Shown here: piece after piece, positions 1 through 10,081 of the stretch
Layout: every line of letters begins with the position of its first letter
Numbering within the stretch: position 1 is the stretch's first letter
Assembly: GCA_947463445.1 (NCBI GenBank)
Contig: CANHRS010000002.1
Coordinates: 12,580-76,579 of the forward strand
Reading direction: 5' to 3'
Length of the DNA: 64,000 bases
Origin: Flavobacteriia bacterium
GTDB taxonomy: Bacteria; Bacteroidota; Bacteroidia; Flavobacteriales_D; Crocinitomicaceae
Notes under the pieces: model-generated
The model's database searches: none
Told to the model about the DNA's origin: nothing
What the model saw: only the letters and a program-made list of their open reading frames with translations
Position numbers and translations under genes: made by a program

Positions 1-562
1 TTAGAATCACATATCCGAAGGACATTTCTTTTTTCTTACTGTCTTCTATGGTATAAATAACACCTCCAAACAAATTGTTTTTTGCATGAACAAGATATAT
101 ATCGTTTTCTAGATAGTAGTTTTTTGCTTGTTCGAAGGAAGTGGTGACAACTATGGGAGAAGGTTCCAGCTCTTCCGAGTATACTTGATGTAAAATATAG
201 CCTACGTTGTTTTCGGTTGTACTATAAAAAACGAGTAGTTGATTGCCCACCCTAGTCATTCCTTCATAGCGTAACTTATTCCCTTTCCATTCTTTGGCTA
301 GAGATACTGTTTTTTGAACTGCTAGGTTTTGCAGGATGGATACACTGGTTGTGTAGTTATTCGTTAATTCTTCTAGAAAACTACCAAATGTACGCGAAGC
401 AAAATAATCTCCATTGGGTGTCTCCATTATTTCATCAAATCTACCTTCAGGAATTTCAGGACCCCATTTAAGTTTGTTTTCTTGCGCTATTGAAGCTATA
501 TGTATAAGGAAGAATATACATAATAATATGACATGTTTACGGGTACTTTTACGGTCAACCAT
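1..562 (-). CDS. hypothetical secreted protein, partial (C-terminus lies beyond the left edge)
   Basis: Hand translation of the minus strand shows an open frame from the ATG at 560-562 to position 2. It is absent from the ORF track because it runs off the edge. The N-terminus MVDRKSTRKHVILLCIFFLIHIASIAQ resembles a signal peptide. No family recognised. Confidence 0.55.
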   Translation of the reverse strand, partial: MVDRKSTRKHVILLCIFFLIHIASIAQENKLKWGPEIPEGRFDEIMETPNGDYFASRTFGSFLEELTNNYTTSVSILQNLAVQKTVSLAKEWKGNKLRYEGMTRVGNQLLVFYSTTENNVGYILHQVYSEELEPSPIVVTTSFEQAKNYYLENDIYLVHAKNNLFGGVIYTIEDSKKKEMSFGYVIL

Positions 563-700
563 TATTCGCTAGATTAAGATTATTCAGTCTTTTTTATGAG
601 AAACAATAGATTCCAATTGTTTTAGAACAAACATAACGAAAAAATAGAAAAAGAAGGACTGCAGGAAGTTAATAACAAAAAAACCGCTATCACTAGTTGT

Positions 701-2761
701 TTACTCCAACACAATTTTCTTATTTTCAATGGAAACTCCTTTTTCATCTACGATGTGCAGGATATACATTCCTTTTGCACCAATGGATTTTAGGGAGATT
801 TCAGTTTTGGCAGAAGTTGCCAATGCATTGTACACTTCTTTGCCTTGAAGGTCCGTAATTCGAATAGTGTTCCCGTGTGCATTATTTATGGTGATTAGGT
901 CTTTCGTTGGATTTGGATAGACCGTAAAAGATTCCTTTTTTTGTTCATTTATTAATAATGATTTTCCTTCTTTGCTAATTATATTACTTCCAACATAGTT
1001 TTCTCCTCGCTTTGTTGCTATACAAGCATCTTGTTTTGTTATTCTTATTTGATACCAAGTGGTTGCAGGGGGATTGTTGTCAATGTATGCAAACGTATTA
1101 TTTGCAACTGATGAAAGCAAACTGAAATTTACTCCATCTGTACTTCTCCAAATTTCAAAATTAGGATAGTCAAAACCTTCGTATGCATTCCATGCTAAAT
1201 TAACAGTTCCATTTAAACCTACGTTACTACTCAACATAAGCGTTGTGTGGTTTGACCCTTGATGTTCTTTACCACAGGAATCAACATATGCTAACAAATA
1301 TCTTTCTACTTGATTATTTGATGATGTATCATCCCATTGAGATAATTTTGATTTGTCTTGTTCGTTTACTAGATCGTATGTGCTCGTTTTTTTATTCTGT
1401 TTGTAAATCCTGTATTTTGATATGAATGTTTCTGCTGTATTTTCCCATAGGATGGTGTTTTTTCCATTTATATTTGTGACCATACAAATGTTTGGGGAAT
1501 AACTTGGAGGAGATGTTGGCCAGATTGTTTTTTTTAGTACTCCAATTCCGCTTCCATTAAATCCATTTTGTACAACATCGCCCTCAAATACATAATAATC
1601 ATTAAATGCACTTATTTCATTATTCCCGATGTTGAAACATATATTAGTTCCAAGATTCTTAATAAGTAATTCTGCGGAATTATGTCCTGGAAAAATGAAG
1701 GTAGGGTGCAGTACATTTGAATTTGAGCAAACAGAGAACAAATAGGTGCATTTATTGATCGACATGTTAATTTCGGAATTTAAATTCTGGTTAGAATTAT
1801 TATAATTTTTAATTAATCCAGCATCAGTTGCTATCCATAAATTGCTAAGTTCATCTTTTATTATCTTGTTACTACCGTTCGATAAACTTCTTTCAAACGC
1901 TCCAGGAGTACCATCCTGACATCCAAAATTTTGCGTAAAGTTATTTTTAGAAAAAACAATATTATTTACACCACAATCAGAATTTTCATTTAAACCTAGG
2001 ATTATATTATTTGGCTCACTGTATATTGTTTTCGTTTTCCCTTTAAACAATAATGTATTAAAACTGTCGTATTTTACTATTCCGTCTTTTGTTATGAAAT
2101 AAATTTGATTGTTATAATCTTGATATATTTTGTCAACATTCATTGATGTTTTACCATTTTTAAGTGCTATACCAGAAATAGTTACATCAATTTTATTCCA
2201 ATTAGTACCATCAAATTTTATAACACCATTTGTAGTTGCAATCCACTTTTGATTGTTTTTATCAATTAAAATAGAGTTGATTGAGTCGTTAAGGTAGGAT
2301 GTGTTAGTATTGTTATAGTTAATCCAGTTACTCCCATTATAAACCGCAATATTATTGTATGTTGTTAACCAAACACTGCCATTTTGATCAAATGCTATGG
2401 AATTTATGTTTTTATCAGTCAACCCACTTGATACTAAATTTAAAGGAGTCCAATTATTTCCAGTTCCATAGATAACACCTCCTTTTCCAACTAACCAAAC
2501 TGTATTTTTTGAATCCATACCAATTTGATTGATTGGAAAGGAACTAAATGACTTCCACTCTTTACCATTTATTGTTGTATACCCTTTTTTTGTTCCAATG
2601 TATTTAGTTCCGTAACTGTCTATTTGAATATCGGTAATAGAATCCGATAATAATAGACTGTTGGATGTGTTAAACGTTTTCCAGTATGTATTAAAATTCT
2701 GCGCCATTACATTCGTTGCAAATACCAACGCAACAATTAATTTAATGTAGTTTTTGATCAT
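701..2761 (-). CDS. secreted beta-propeller-repeat protein with T9SS (Por) C-terminal sorting domain
   Basis: 686-aa ORF with an ATG start and signal peptide MIKNYIKLIVALVFATNVMAQ. Recurrent W-x-x-T/G motifs (WLVGKGG, WLTTYNN, WIATTNG, WIATDAG) resemble two-component-regulator propeller repeats. The last ~75 aa (FTVYPNPTKDLITI...GMYILHIVDEKG...KIVLE) fit the T9SS CTD pattern. Confidence 0.8.
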   Translation of the reverse strand: MIKNYIKLIVALVFATNVMAQNFNTYWKTFNTSNSLLLSDSITDIQIDSYGTKYIGTKKGYTTINGKEWKSFSSFPINQIGMDSKNTVWLVGKGGVIYGTGNNWTPLNLVSSGLTDKNINSIAFDQNGSVWLTTYNNIAVYNGSNWINYNNTNTSYLNDSINSILIDKNNQKWIATTNGVIKFDGTNWNKIDVTISGIALKNGKTSMNVDKIYQDYNNQIYFITKDGIVKYDSFNTLLFKGKTKTIYSEPNNIILGLNENSDCGVNNIVFSKNNFTQNFGCQDGTPGAFERSLSNGSNKIIKDELSNLWIATDAGLIKNYNNSNQNLNSEINMSINKCTYLFSVCSNSNVLHPTFIFPGHNSAELLIKNLGTNICFNIGNNEISAFNDYYVFEGDVVQNGFNGSGIGVLKKTIWPTSPPSYSPNICMVTNINGKNTILWENTAETFISKYRIYKQNKKTSTYDLVNEQDKSKLSQWDDTSSNNQVERYLLAYVDSCGKEHQGSNHTTLMLSSNVGLNGTVNLAWNAYEGFDYPNFEIWRSTDGVNFSLLSSVANNTFAYIDNNPPATTWYQIRITKQDACIATKRGENYVGSNIISKEGKSLLINEQKKESFTVYPNPTKDLITINNAHGNTIRITDLQGKEVYNALATSAKTEISLKSIGAKGMYILHIVDEKGVSIENKKIVLE

Positions 2762-2975
2762 AATTTTTCAAATTTATTTTTTATTCTCCCATAATGGAAT
2801 GTTAGTATTTACATTAAAAATATGTGGGACAACATATATAAATGCTAATTTTTTAATAAATCTCTCTCACATGAGACTAGGGCAAATATACTATGTATTT
2901 ATACAGTATGGTAATAGTATTATTTATTACTTATAGTAATTTTCTTCCTTGAAAGAAAAAATCAGATAAAAACAT

Positions 2976-3054
2976 AAAATTTTCGAGTATGGAAGAAAAA
3001 AGTCAATTTTGAGTTGAAAATTTCGAGTAAGGAAGAAAAAAACAGTAATTTTTT
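2976..3054. repeat. direct repeat with 40-bp period upstream of mfd
   Basis: AAAATTTTCGAGTATGGAAGAAAAAA (2976-3001) and AAAATTTCGAGTAAGGAAGAAAAAAA (3017-3042) differ by one substitution and a 1-nt indel. Both are followed by related AT-rich tails. A degenerate third GAAAGAAAAAATCAG lies at 2951-2965. Confidence 0.7.
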
Positions 3055-3152
3055 CCGAGAATGAAATTATCCCATTTCTTTAACCAAATCCCGCACATTT
3101 TTCCCTATGATTTTGTTCCATTATTTATACTTTTGCTTACATTCAAAAATCT

Positions 3153-6100
3153 ATGGAACTCAAAACTTTCAGATCTCTTTTTGCGAAACATCCAGCCATT
3201 GACGCAACTGCAAATCAACTTCAATACAGCGAATCCAAAGTACATTGGAAAGGGGTAGCAAATTCTGCTAGGGCGTTGTTTGCAACACAATTAAGCGCAC
3301 AAGTTCCAGGACATCATTTATTTATTTTACAAGATAAGGAAGAAGCGGCTTATTTTTTCAATGATGTAGAAAGTCTCTTTCCCGATGAAAAAAATAGCGT
3401 TTTTTATCCTGCATCCTACCGTAGTGCATATCATTTTGAAGAAACCGATAATGCGAATGTGGTTGCAAGAGCAGAAGTATTAGAGAAAATCAATAACGGC
3501 AATAATGCATGGATTGTTACCTATCCGCAAGCTTTATTTGAAAAAGTTCCAACACAACAAAAATTAACTGAAAACACTTTAAAAGTTCAAAAAGGTCAAA
3601 ATTATTCGCTCGATTTTATGAACGAATTATTGATGGATTATGGCTTTGAACGGGTAGATTTTGTATACGAACCAGGACAATTTGCTATTCGTGGAGGAAT
3701 ATTAGACGTCTTTTCCTTTGCCAATGATTATCCTTTTCGGATGGAGTTTTTTGGGGAAGAACTAGAATCCATCCGTACGTTTGATCCGGTAGACCAACTT
3801 TCCATTGCAAACCATGATTTTTTTCATATCGTCCCAAACGTACAAAAACAATTTATCCAACATGGATTAGATACGTTTTTAGGTTTTTTAGGTAAAAATG
3901 CAACCGTTTGGATGTCCTCCATGGGGGAAATTATCCATCAATTAGACAAAGAATACGAGAAGGCCGTAAAAGCCTACGATGGTTTAAATCATGCAACTAT
4001 CAAGCATTCGTTACCCGGAGAAATATACACCCATAAAACAGAGTGGACACAACAAATACAAGGGTATAATGTGGTAGAATGGGGGCCAGAATTTCATTTC
4101 AAAGCAGGTTTTGAAGCCAGTTTTCAAGTGCATCAACAACCGACATTCAACAAGAATTTTGAAATGCTGCGCGACGATTTGATCGCACATAAAAAGGCAG
4201 GATTTACCAATTTATTCTTTTCCAATCAACCAAAACAAATTGATCGACTTTATTCTATTTTTGAAGACATCGGTGGGGAAGTGGAATTTATTCCTATGCC
4301 AATCGCTCTGCACGAAGGATTTATTTTACCAGATTTAAAACTCGTTTGTTATACCGATCACCAAGTGTTTGAACGCTACCATCGTTTTAAATTGAAAGAA
4401 GGTTTTTCCCAAGCAAAACAAGCAATTACGTTAAAAGAAATTTACGATTTACAAAAAGGAGATTATGTAACCCATATCGACCATGGTGTAGGACAATTTT
4501 CCGGTTTACAAACGATTGATGTAAATGGAAAACCACAAGAAGCAATCCGATTAGTATACCGCGATGGGGATGTATTATACGTCAGTATTCACTCCTTACA
4601 CCGTATTTCTAAATTCACAGGGAAAGACGGTATTGCACCTAAAATGAATAAATTAGGAACACAAACCTGGGCGATACTTAAAAATAAAACCAAGAAAAAA
4701 ATCAAAGAAATCGCTTTTGATTTGATTCAATTATATGCCAAACGTAAAAGTCAACCAGGATTTGCTTACAGTCCGGATAACTATTTACAAACAGAGTTGG
4801 AGGCTTCCTTTATGTATGAAGATACACCTGACCAATTAAAAACCACGCAAGCAATCAAAGAGGATATGGAATCTGCAACCCCGATGGATCGTCTGGTATG
4901 TGGCGACGTAGGTTTTGGTAAAACAGAATTAGCGATACGTGCAGCGTTTAAAGCGGTCTGCGATAGTAAACAAGTGGCAGTATTAGTCCCAACAACCATT
5001 CTTTCCCACCAACATTACCGTAGTTTTTCCAAACGTTTGGCAGATTTTCCTGTGAAAGTAGATTTTATCAATCGTTTTAAAAGTGCAAAGGAGGTTACCG
5101 CAACACTTAAAAAAGTAGAAAATGGAGAAATCGATATCTTAATTGGTACCCATAAATTAATCGGTGAGAAAGTGAAGTTTAAAGATTTAGGCTTGATGAT
5201 TATCGATGAAGAACAAAAGTTTGGGGTGGCAGTGAAAGACAAACTAAAAACCTTAAAAACAACTGTCGATACATTAACACTAACTGCAACACCAATACCT
5301 AGAACACTGCAGTTCTCCTTGATGGGAGCACGTGATTTGAGTATTATAAATACGCCGCCGCCAAACAGACAACCGGTATTAACAGAAATAGTTCAATTTA
5401 ACGAAGAAACGATCCGCGATGCCATTGCGTATGAAGTTTCCCGTGGTGGACAAGTATATTTTGTGCATAATCGTTTGCAAAACATCAAAGAAGTTGCTGG
5501 CATGATTTGTCGCTTGTGTCCTGGTGTACGTGTAGCCATTGGTCACGGACAAATGGATGGAAAAGCCTTAGAGAAAATCATGTTAGACTTTATTCAAGGC
5601 GAATACGATGTGTTACTTGCAACAACCATTATTGAATCTGGTATCGATATTTCCAACGCGAATACAATCATCATCAATAGCGCACAAAATTTTGGTTTGA
5701 GTGACTTGCACCAATTACGCGGTCGCGTAGGTCGTTCCAACAAAAAAGCATTTTGTTATTTGATTGCGCCGAAGTTTCACGAAATGACTACAGAAGCGCG
5801 TAAACGTTTGGAAGCATTGGTACAATTTTCGGATTTAGGTGCAGGATTTAACATCGCTATGAAAGACCTAGATATACGTGGTGCTGGAAATTTATTAGGC
5901 GGAGAGCAAAGTGGATTTATTTCCGATATTGGATTTGAAATGTATCAGAAAATTTTGAACGAGGCGATGGAAGAATTGCGGGAAACAGAATTTAAAGACC
6001 TTTACGCAGACCGAAATACGGATGACTTTGTACAGTTCGTGAAAGATTGTGTCATAGAAACCGATTTAGAAATCAGAATACCAGATGATTACGTAAACAA

Positions 6101-6491
6101 TGTTGCTGAACGCTTAAGTTTATACCAAAAACTAGATAGTTTAGAAAATAAAGCGGCACTAGAAGCGTATGCACAAAAATTGATCGACCGTTTTGGTCCT
6201 TTACCGAGAACAGTAAAGGAATTATTTCGTTCGTTTGAATTACGTTGGTTGGCACAAGATATTGGTATCGAGCGATTGGTAATCAAATCTGGGACCATGG
6301 TTTGTTATTTTATCGCAAATCCACAGTCCGCATTTTATGATTCTCCTGAATTTCAACGCGTTTTATCCTACATTCAAACCAATCCGAGTGACTGTAAGTT
6401 GAGTGAAAAAAATGACCGATTACGTATGATTTATACCAATATTCATACAATTGATCACGCGGTGAAACGTTTGATGGAAATAATTGGGTGA
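3153..6491 (+). CDS. mfd: transcription-repair coupling factor Mfd
   Basis: 1112 aa. Superfamily-2 helicase motifs GDVGFGKTE (Walker A) and IIDEEQKFG (DEEQ box), a CarD-like region (YVTHIDHGVGQF), and length typical of Mfd. Confidence 0.97.
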   Translation: MELKTFRSLFAKHPAIDATANQLQYSESKVHWKGVANSARALFATQLSAQVPGHHLFILQDKEEAAYFFNDVESLFPDEKNSVFYPASYRSAYHFEETDNANVVARAEVLEKINNGNNAWIVTYPQALFEKVPTQQKLTENTLKVQKGQNYSLDFMNELLMDYGFERVDFVYEPGQFAIRGGILDVFSFANDYPFRMEFFGEELESIRTFDPVDQLSIANHDFFHIVPNVQKQFIQHGLDTFLGFLGKNATVWMSSMGEIIHQLDKEYEKAVKAYDGLNHATIKHSLPGEIYTHKTEWTQQIQGYNVVEWGPEFHFKAGFEASFQVHQQPTFNKNFEMLRDDLIAHKKAGFTNLFFSNQPKQIDRLYSIFEDIGGEVEFIPMPIALHEGFILPDLKLVCYTDHQVFERYHRFKLKEGFSQAKQAITLKEIYDLQKGDYVTHIDHGVGQFSGLQTIDVNGKPQEAIRLVYRDGDVLYVSIHSLHRISKFTGKDGIAPKMNKLGTQTWAILKNKTKKKIKEIAFDLIQLYAKRKSQPGFAYSPDNYLQTELEASFMYEDTPDQLKTTQAIKEDMESATPMDRLVCGDVGFGKTELAIRAAFKAVCDSKQVAVLVPTTILSHQHYRSFSKRLADFPVKVDFINRFKSAKEVTATLKKVENGEIDILIGTHKLIGEKVKFKDLGLMIIDEEQKFGVAVKDKLKTLKTTVDTLTLTATPIPRTLQFSLMGARDLSIINTPPPNRQPVLTEIVQFNEETIRDAIAYEVSRGGQVYFVHNRLQNIKEVAGMICRLCPGVRVAIGHGQMDGKALEKIMLDFIQGEYDVLLATTIIESGIDISNANTIIINSAQNFGLSDLHQLRGRVGRSNKKAFCYLIAPKFHEMTTEARKRLEALVQFSDLGAGFNIAMKDLDIRGAGNLLGGEQSGFISDIGFEMYQKILNEAMEELRETEFKDLYADRNTDDFVQFVKDCVIETDLEIRIPDDYVNNVAERLSLYQKLDSLENKAALEAYAQKLIDRFGPLPRTVKELFRSFELRWLAQDIGIERLVIKSGTMVCYFIANPQSAFYDSPEFQRVLSYIQTNPSDCKLSEKNDRLRMIYTNIHTIDHAVKRLMEIIG

Positions 6492-6809
6492 TTATTGTTT
6501 GGCAAATGTTAAAATATATTTGGTAATCGATTCTTTCGTTTTAGCATCGATATTCGCATATTCTTTTCCGGACATTTCATCAATCTCGTGGTTCCAACGT
6601 TTCTCTCCAAATTTACTAGGTGCGTATAGCGTGTGACATTTTGCGCAATTAGCTGCATATAATTTTTGTCCTTCCACTAATTGTTCGGAAGTAATTCCAG
6701 GATATTTTATTGCTGCCCTCGTTACATCCGCTTGCGAAATCGAGATAATTTTCGCCCCTCCACAGGCAAATACTAGTAAGGAACTAACTATGATGGTTAC
6801 TTTTTTCAT
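6492..6809 (-). CDS. small c-type cytochrome lipoprotein
   Basis: 105 aa with lipobox-like LLVFACGG and a single CXXCH heme-binding motif (CAKCH). Its stop codon directly abuts the mfd stop (6491/6492). Confidence 0.75.
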   Translation of the reverse strand: MKKVTIIVSSLLVFACGGAKIISISQADVTRAAIKYPGITSEQLVEGQKLYAANCAKCHTLYAPSKFGEKRWNHEIDEMSGKEYANIDAKTKESITKYILTFAKQ

Positions 6810-6816
6810 GGTATTA

Positions 6817-9393
6817 TTATTTATTTGGTTCTATTGTTTCTAAAAAAGCTTTCAAGTCTTTAACAAAAGCTTTTTGCAGTGTTAATTCTTGTGGATTAGT
6901 CGTTGATTTACTTTGCGCCTCGACTGTTTCAATCATGTAATTTACATTATTAGGTAGGCCCATTTTTGCGTAATAATTACCCGTCGCATGTTGGTTTTTA
7001 TAGACTTCTAATGCTTTTAGTTGGATAGATATTGCTTGTTTAGACATGTAAATGGAGAAAGAATTTAATACAGAAAGCGCATCATATCCTTTTAACTTAT
7101 TGTTTTTAAATAGATTGAAATAAAATTCCAAATGTTCAATATTTCCATCTGCAGCATATACATTCGCTAATAATAAACGAATTGTAGGTGTTTGGTCGTT
7201 TTCATACATTTTTATTGCTTCCACTGCTGCCTCATGATTTACTTGATTTAAAGCAATGATGGCTGAAGAGATTACTTTGTAGGATAACTCTTCCAACAAA
7301 TGATCTTTCAATGCGATTGTAGCTTCGATAGGGGTTAAGTTTTCCGCTAAAAAATTAACTGCTTGTGCGCGTACAGCTGAATTTTCATCGCGACGTAAAA
7401 GTCCTTTAATTAGTTCTATGCCGTTCTTTTTATTCTCTTCCGTTAAGAATGCAGCTTTTTCAATCGCAATTTCACGCATTTTCCAGAATGGATCTTTTAA
7501 TGCATCTAAAATTAATTGTTGTCCTTTTGGCGTATCATCCGCTGTGCCACTTAGTAAGGCCAACTTACGCGAAATATACTTTTTCCCTAGATAGTATTGA
7601 GCTATAAATTGTTCTGTAGGTTTACTTTCACTCACTTTGGCTAATAAAGCTTGGTCGTAATCAAACAATACCAATTGCACTTTACCATTGCTTGGGAAAA
7701 TAAATTTCTCTTCTTTTTCATCGATTTCTACCTTGTAAATATGTTCTCCAGCATCATCCCAAACGGCAATTTTTACAGGTAAACGATACAAAGGCGTTAA
7801 TTGCAAATCTTGTATTTGGTTTACAGTTACCACCACTTCTTTGTTTGCGATGGAGATATATTGATCCACTGTTAATTCTGGTATCCCAGCACTCAAAAAC
7901 CATTGATTGAAGAACCACTGTAAATCTTGTCCTGTTACCTCTTCAAAAGCCAAACGTAAATGGTGGATTTCGGCTGCTTTAAACTTATTGGTTTGCAAGT
8001 AATTACGCAATCCTGCAAAAAAAGCTTCATCTCCTAGGTAGTTGCGTAACATATGTAGTATGCGTCCCCCTTTACTGTACGAGTGTTTATCAAACATTTC
8101 CTCGTCGTTGTTATAGTAGTACCAAATTAAGTCGTGGTTTTCTCCAGCTTCATAGGTCTCTAGGTATTCACCTGTTTCTTCCTCATTGCCATAATCGGCA
8201 ACATCCAACCCATAGCGGTACTCATCCCATAAGTATTGCGAATAATTTGCAAATGACTCATTTAAAGGAAGATTTGCCCAGGATTCACAGGTAACTAAAT
8301 CCCCAAACCAATGGTGAAATAATTCGTGTGCGACAATTGGATCACTATTTTTATCCAATAATTCTCTGTCGGTACGGTACACAAAATCCCCAAAAATTAC
8401 CGCACTGGTATTTTCCATGGCACCAGATACATAATCGCGTACTACGACTTGGTGGTATTTATCCCAAGGATATTCTACCCCCGTTAATTTGGAGAAAAAA
8501 GCAATCATTTTAGGTGTTTCCCCAAAGAATTTTTTAGCAGAATTTTCCCATGCAGGTTCTACATAATAATTCACATCCATTTTACTACCATCAGGACGAG
8601 TATATTCGTCTTTTACGACTTTGTATTCCCCGATAGCCATCATGAATAAATAAGGTGCATGTGGTAGTTCTTGCTTCCAGTGATCGGTGCGTGTACCATC
8701 TGCGTGCTTCGTAGAAGCGATTAATTTTCCATTCGATAAGGTAACATATTTGTCTGCTACCGTAATTAGCATTTCTTGGGAGGACTTTGCGTTTGGACTA
8801 TCGATTGTTGGAAACCACACAGAGTTGGATTCTGTTTCTCCTTGTGTCCAAATTTGCGGCATGACATCTTTTATTTCGCCTGTAGGATTAATAAAAAACA
8901 AGCCTTTATTGCTTTTGATTGCTTCACTCCCTTCTTCCGTGCGGTCGTTCGGTTTTGCAACATACTCTATCACAACCGTATACTTATCGTCGCGGGTATA
9001 CGACTTATCTAATTGAATACGAAGGACATCCTTGGTATAGGAATAATTTACATTTTTATCTTTTACTTGCACCGACTTAATTTCCATGCCTTGTGCATCT
9101 AAAAACAAACTATCGGAAGTGAAAAAATGCGGTTTTGCAGTGATGGTTGCTTTCCCATACATCCATGCTTTTTGCCAATCAAAACTTACCTCTAATTTAG
9201 TGTGGATTAGGTCGGTGAATAAGGTTCTGCTTGCCTTGTATGGAAGTACGATATCCTCTGAAACATCTCCTTCTAGTTGGATATTTTCCGTAATTGGTGT
9301 TTCGTTTTCTTTAGACTTATTAATCCCACAAGAAGCGAGAAAAAAAATGAATAAAAACGTGATAATTAGGTAAGAGAATCGTTGTTGATGCAT
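6817..9393 (-). CDS. M1-family zinc aminopeptidase (aminopeptidase N-like) with C-terminal HEAT-like repeats
   Basis: GAMEN exopeptidase motif (SGAMENTS). HEXXH-18-E zinc site (HELFHHWFGDLVTCESWANLPLNE). Start moved to the ATG at 9393 (MHQQRFSYLIITFLFIFFLASCG, lipoprotein signal); the 75-aa upstream extension in the ORF track has no signal peptide and overlaps the divergent TA promoter region. Confidence 0.93.
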   Translation of the reverse strand: MHQQRFSYLIITFLFIFFLASCGINKSKENETPITENIQLEGDVSEDIVLPYKASRTLFTDLIHTKLEVSFDWQKAWMYGKATITAKPHFFTSDSLFLDAQGMEIKSVQVKDKNVNYSYTKDVLRIQLDKSYTRDDKYTVVIEYVAKPNDRTEEGSEAIKSNKGLFFINPTGEIKDVMPQIWTQGETESNSVWFPTIDSPNAKSSQEMLITVADKYVTLSNGKLIASTKHADGTRTDHWKQELPHAPYLFMMAIGEYKVVKDEYTRPDGSKMDVNYYVEPAWENSAKKFFGETPKMIAFFSKLTGVEYPWDKYHQVVVRDYVSGAMENTSAVIFGDFVYRTDRELLDKNSDPIVAHELFHHWFGDLVTCESWANLPLNESFANYSQYLWDEYRYGLDVADYGNEEETGEYLETYEAGENHDLIWYYYNNDEEMFDKHSYSKGGRILHMLRNYLGDEAFFAGLRNYLQTNKFKAAEIHHLRLAFEEVTGQDLQWFFNQWFLSAGIPELTVDQYISIANKEVVVTVNQIQDLQLTPLYRLPVKIAVWDDAGEHIYKVEIDEKEEKFIFPSNGKVQLVLFDYDQALLAKVSESKPTEQFIAQYYLGKKYISRKLALLSGTADDTPKGQQLILDALKDPFWKMREIAIEKAAFLTEENKKNGIELIKGLLRRDENSAVRAQAVNFLAENLTPIEATIALKDHLLEELSYKVISSAIIALNQVNHEAAVEAIKMYENDQTPTIRLLLANVYAADGNIEHLEFYFNLFKNNKLKGYDALSVLNSFSIYMSKQAISIQLKALEVYKNQHATGNYYAKMGLPNNVNYMIETVEAQSKSTTNPQELTLQKAFVKDLKAFLETIEPNK

Positions 9394-9487
9394 GATAGTT
9401 TTGTTGAATGAAGTGTACAAATATATTACTAAAATAATAGAAATTTTAGAAGTTTTATTTATATCTTTACTTGTATAATTTCTCCTT

Positions 9488-9730
9488 ATGAAATCAGTTG
9501 CTATACAATCTAAAAAGTTAGATATCATTACTAAAATAACATCTATTGATGATAACATCCTATTAGAAAAGATTTTACAATTAATTTTAACTCCTAATGG
9601 TGAAAATACAATCGACAAGGAAAAACAGGAGATTGTTACTGACCTAAAACAAGGTTTGAAAGAATTGAAAATGATTCAACAAGGAAAATTAAAGTCTACT
9701 CCTTTAAATGAATTTTTAAATGAGTTATAG
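9488..9730 (+). CDS. putative antitoxin of a RelE/ParE-type TA pair
   Basis: 80-aa ORF that overlaps the downstream toxin gene by 11 nt. Its size and position are typical of an antitoxin. No DNA-binding motif recognised by eye. Confidence 0.5.
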   Translation: MKSVAIQSKKLDIITKITSIDDNILLEKILQLILTPNGENTIDKEKQEIVTDLKQGLKELKMIQQGKLKSTPLNEFLNEL

Positions 9731-10043
9731 CATTGAAACTATCCCTTCTTTCAAAAAGAGATTTAAAAAATTAGCAAAAAAATATCCTTCATTAAAATCT
9801 GACTTAGAAAAGTTAGCATTACAACTTCAACAAAATCCGCTTTTAGGCGATCACCTCGGTAATAACTTTTATAAAGTTCGTATGGCGATTACTTCTAAAG
9901 CAAAAGGAAAATCTTCAGGAGCAAGAGTTATTACGCACATTAAAGTGATGGATTCGATTATTTATTTGGTTACAATATTTGATAAATCCGAGCAAAGTAG
10001 TATTTCAAGTTTTGAGTTAAATGAATTACTCAAAGAAATTTAA
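9720..10043 (+). CDS. type II toxin, RelE/ParE superfamily
   Basis: 107 aa. Core FYKVRMAITSKAKGKSSGARVITHI...IYLVTIFDKSEQSSIS matches the widespread K(G)KSGGxRVI...DKSE pattern of RelE/ParE-family toxins. Confidence 0.72.
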   Translation: MSYSIETIPSFKKRFKKLAKKYPSLKSDLEKLALQLQQNPLLGDHLGNNFYKVRMAITSKAKGKSSGARVITHIKVMDSIIYLVTIFDKSEQSSISSFELNELLKEI

Positions 10044-10081
10044 TTTTTTTATTCATAATATTGTAATACTAATTCTTTACT

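Noticed and set aside
8328-9373. Several 60-109-aa plus-strand ORFs inside the aminopeptidase gene
   Set aside because: All are antisense to a CDS with intact GAMEN and HEXXH-E motifs, have no start-site context and overlap each other. They are shadow ORFs.
9394-9618. 75-aa N-terminal extension of the aminopeptidase ORF
   Set aside because: The internal ATG at 9393 gives a canonical lipoprotein signal. The extension is hydrophobic junk that runs through the divergent TA promoter and start region.
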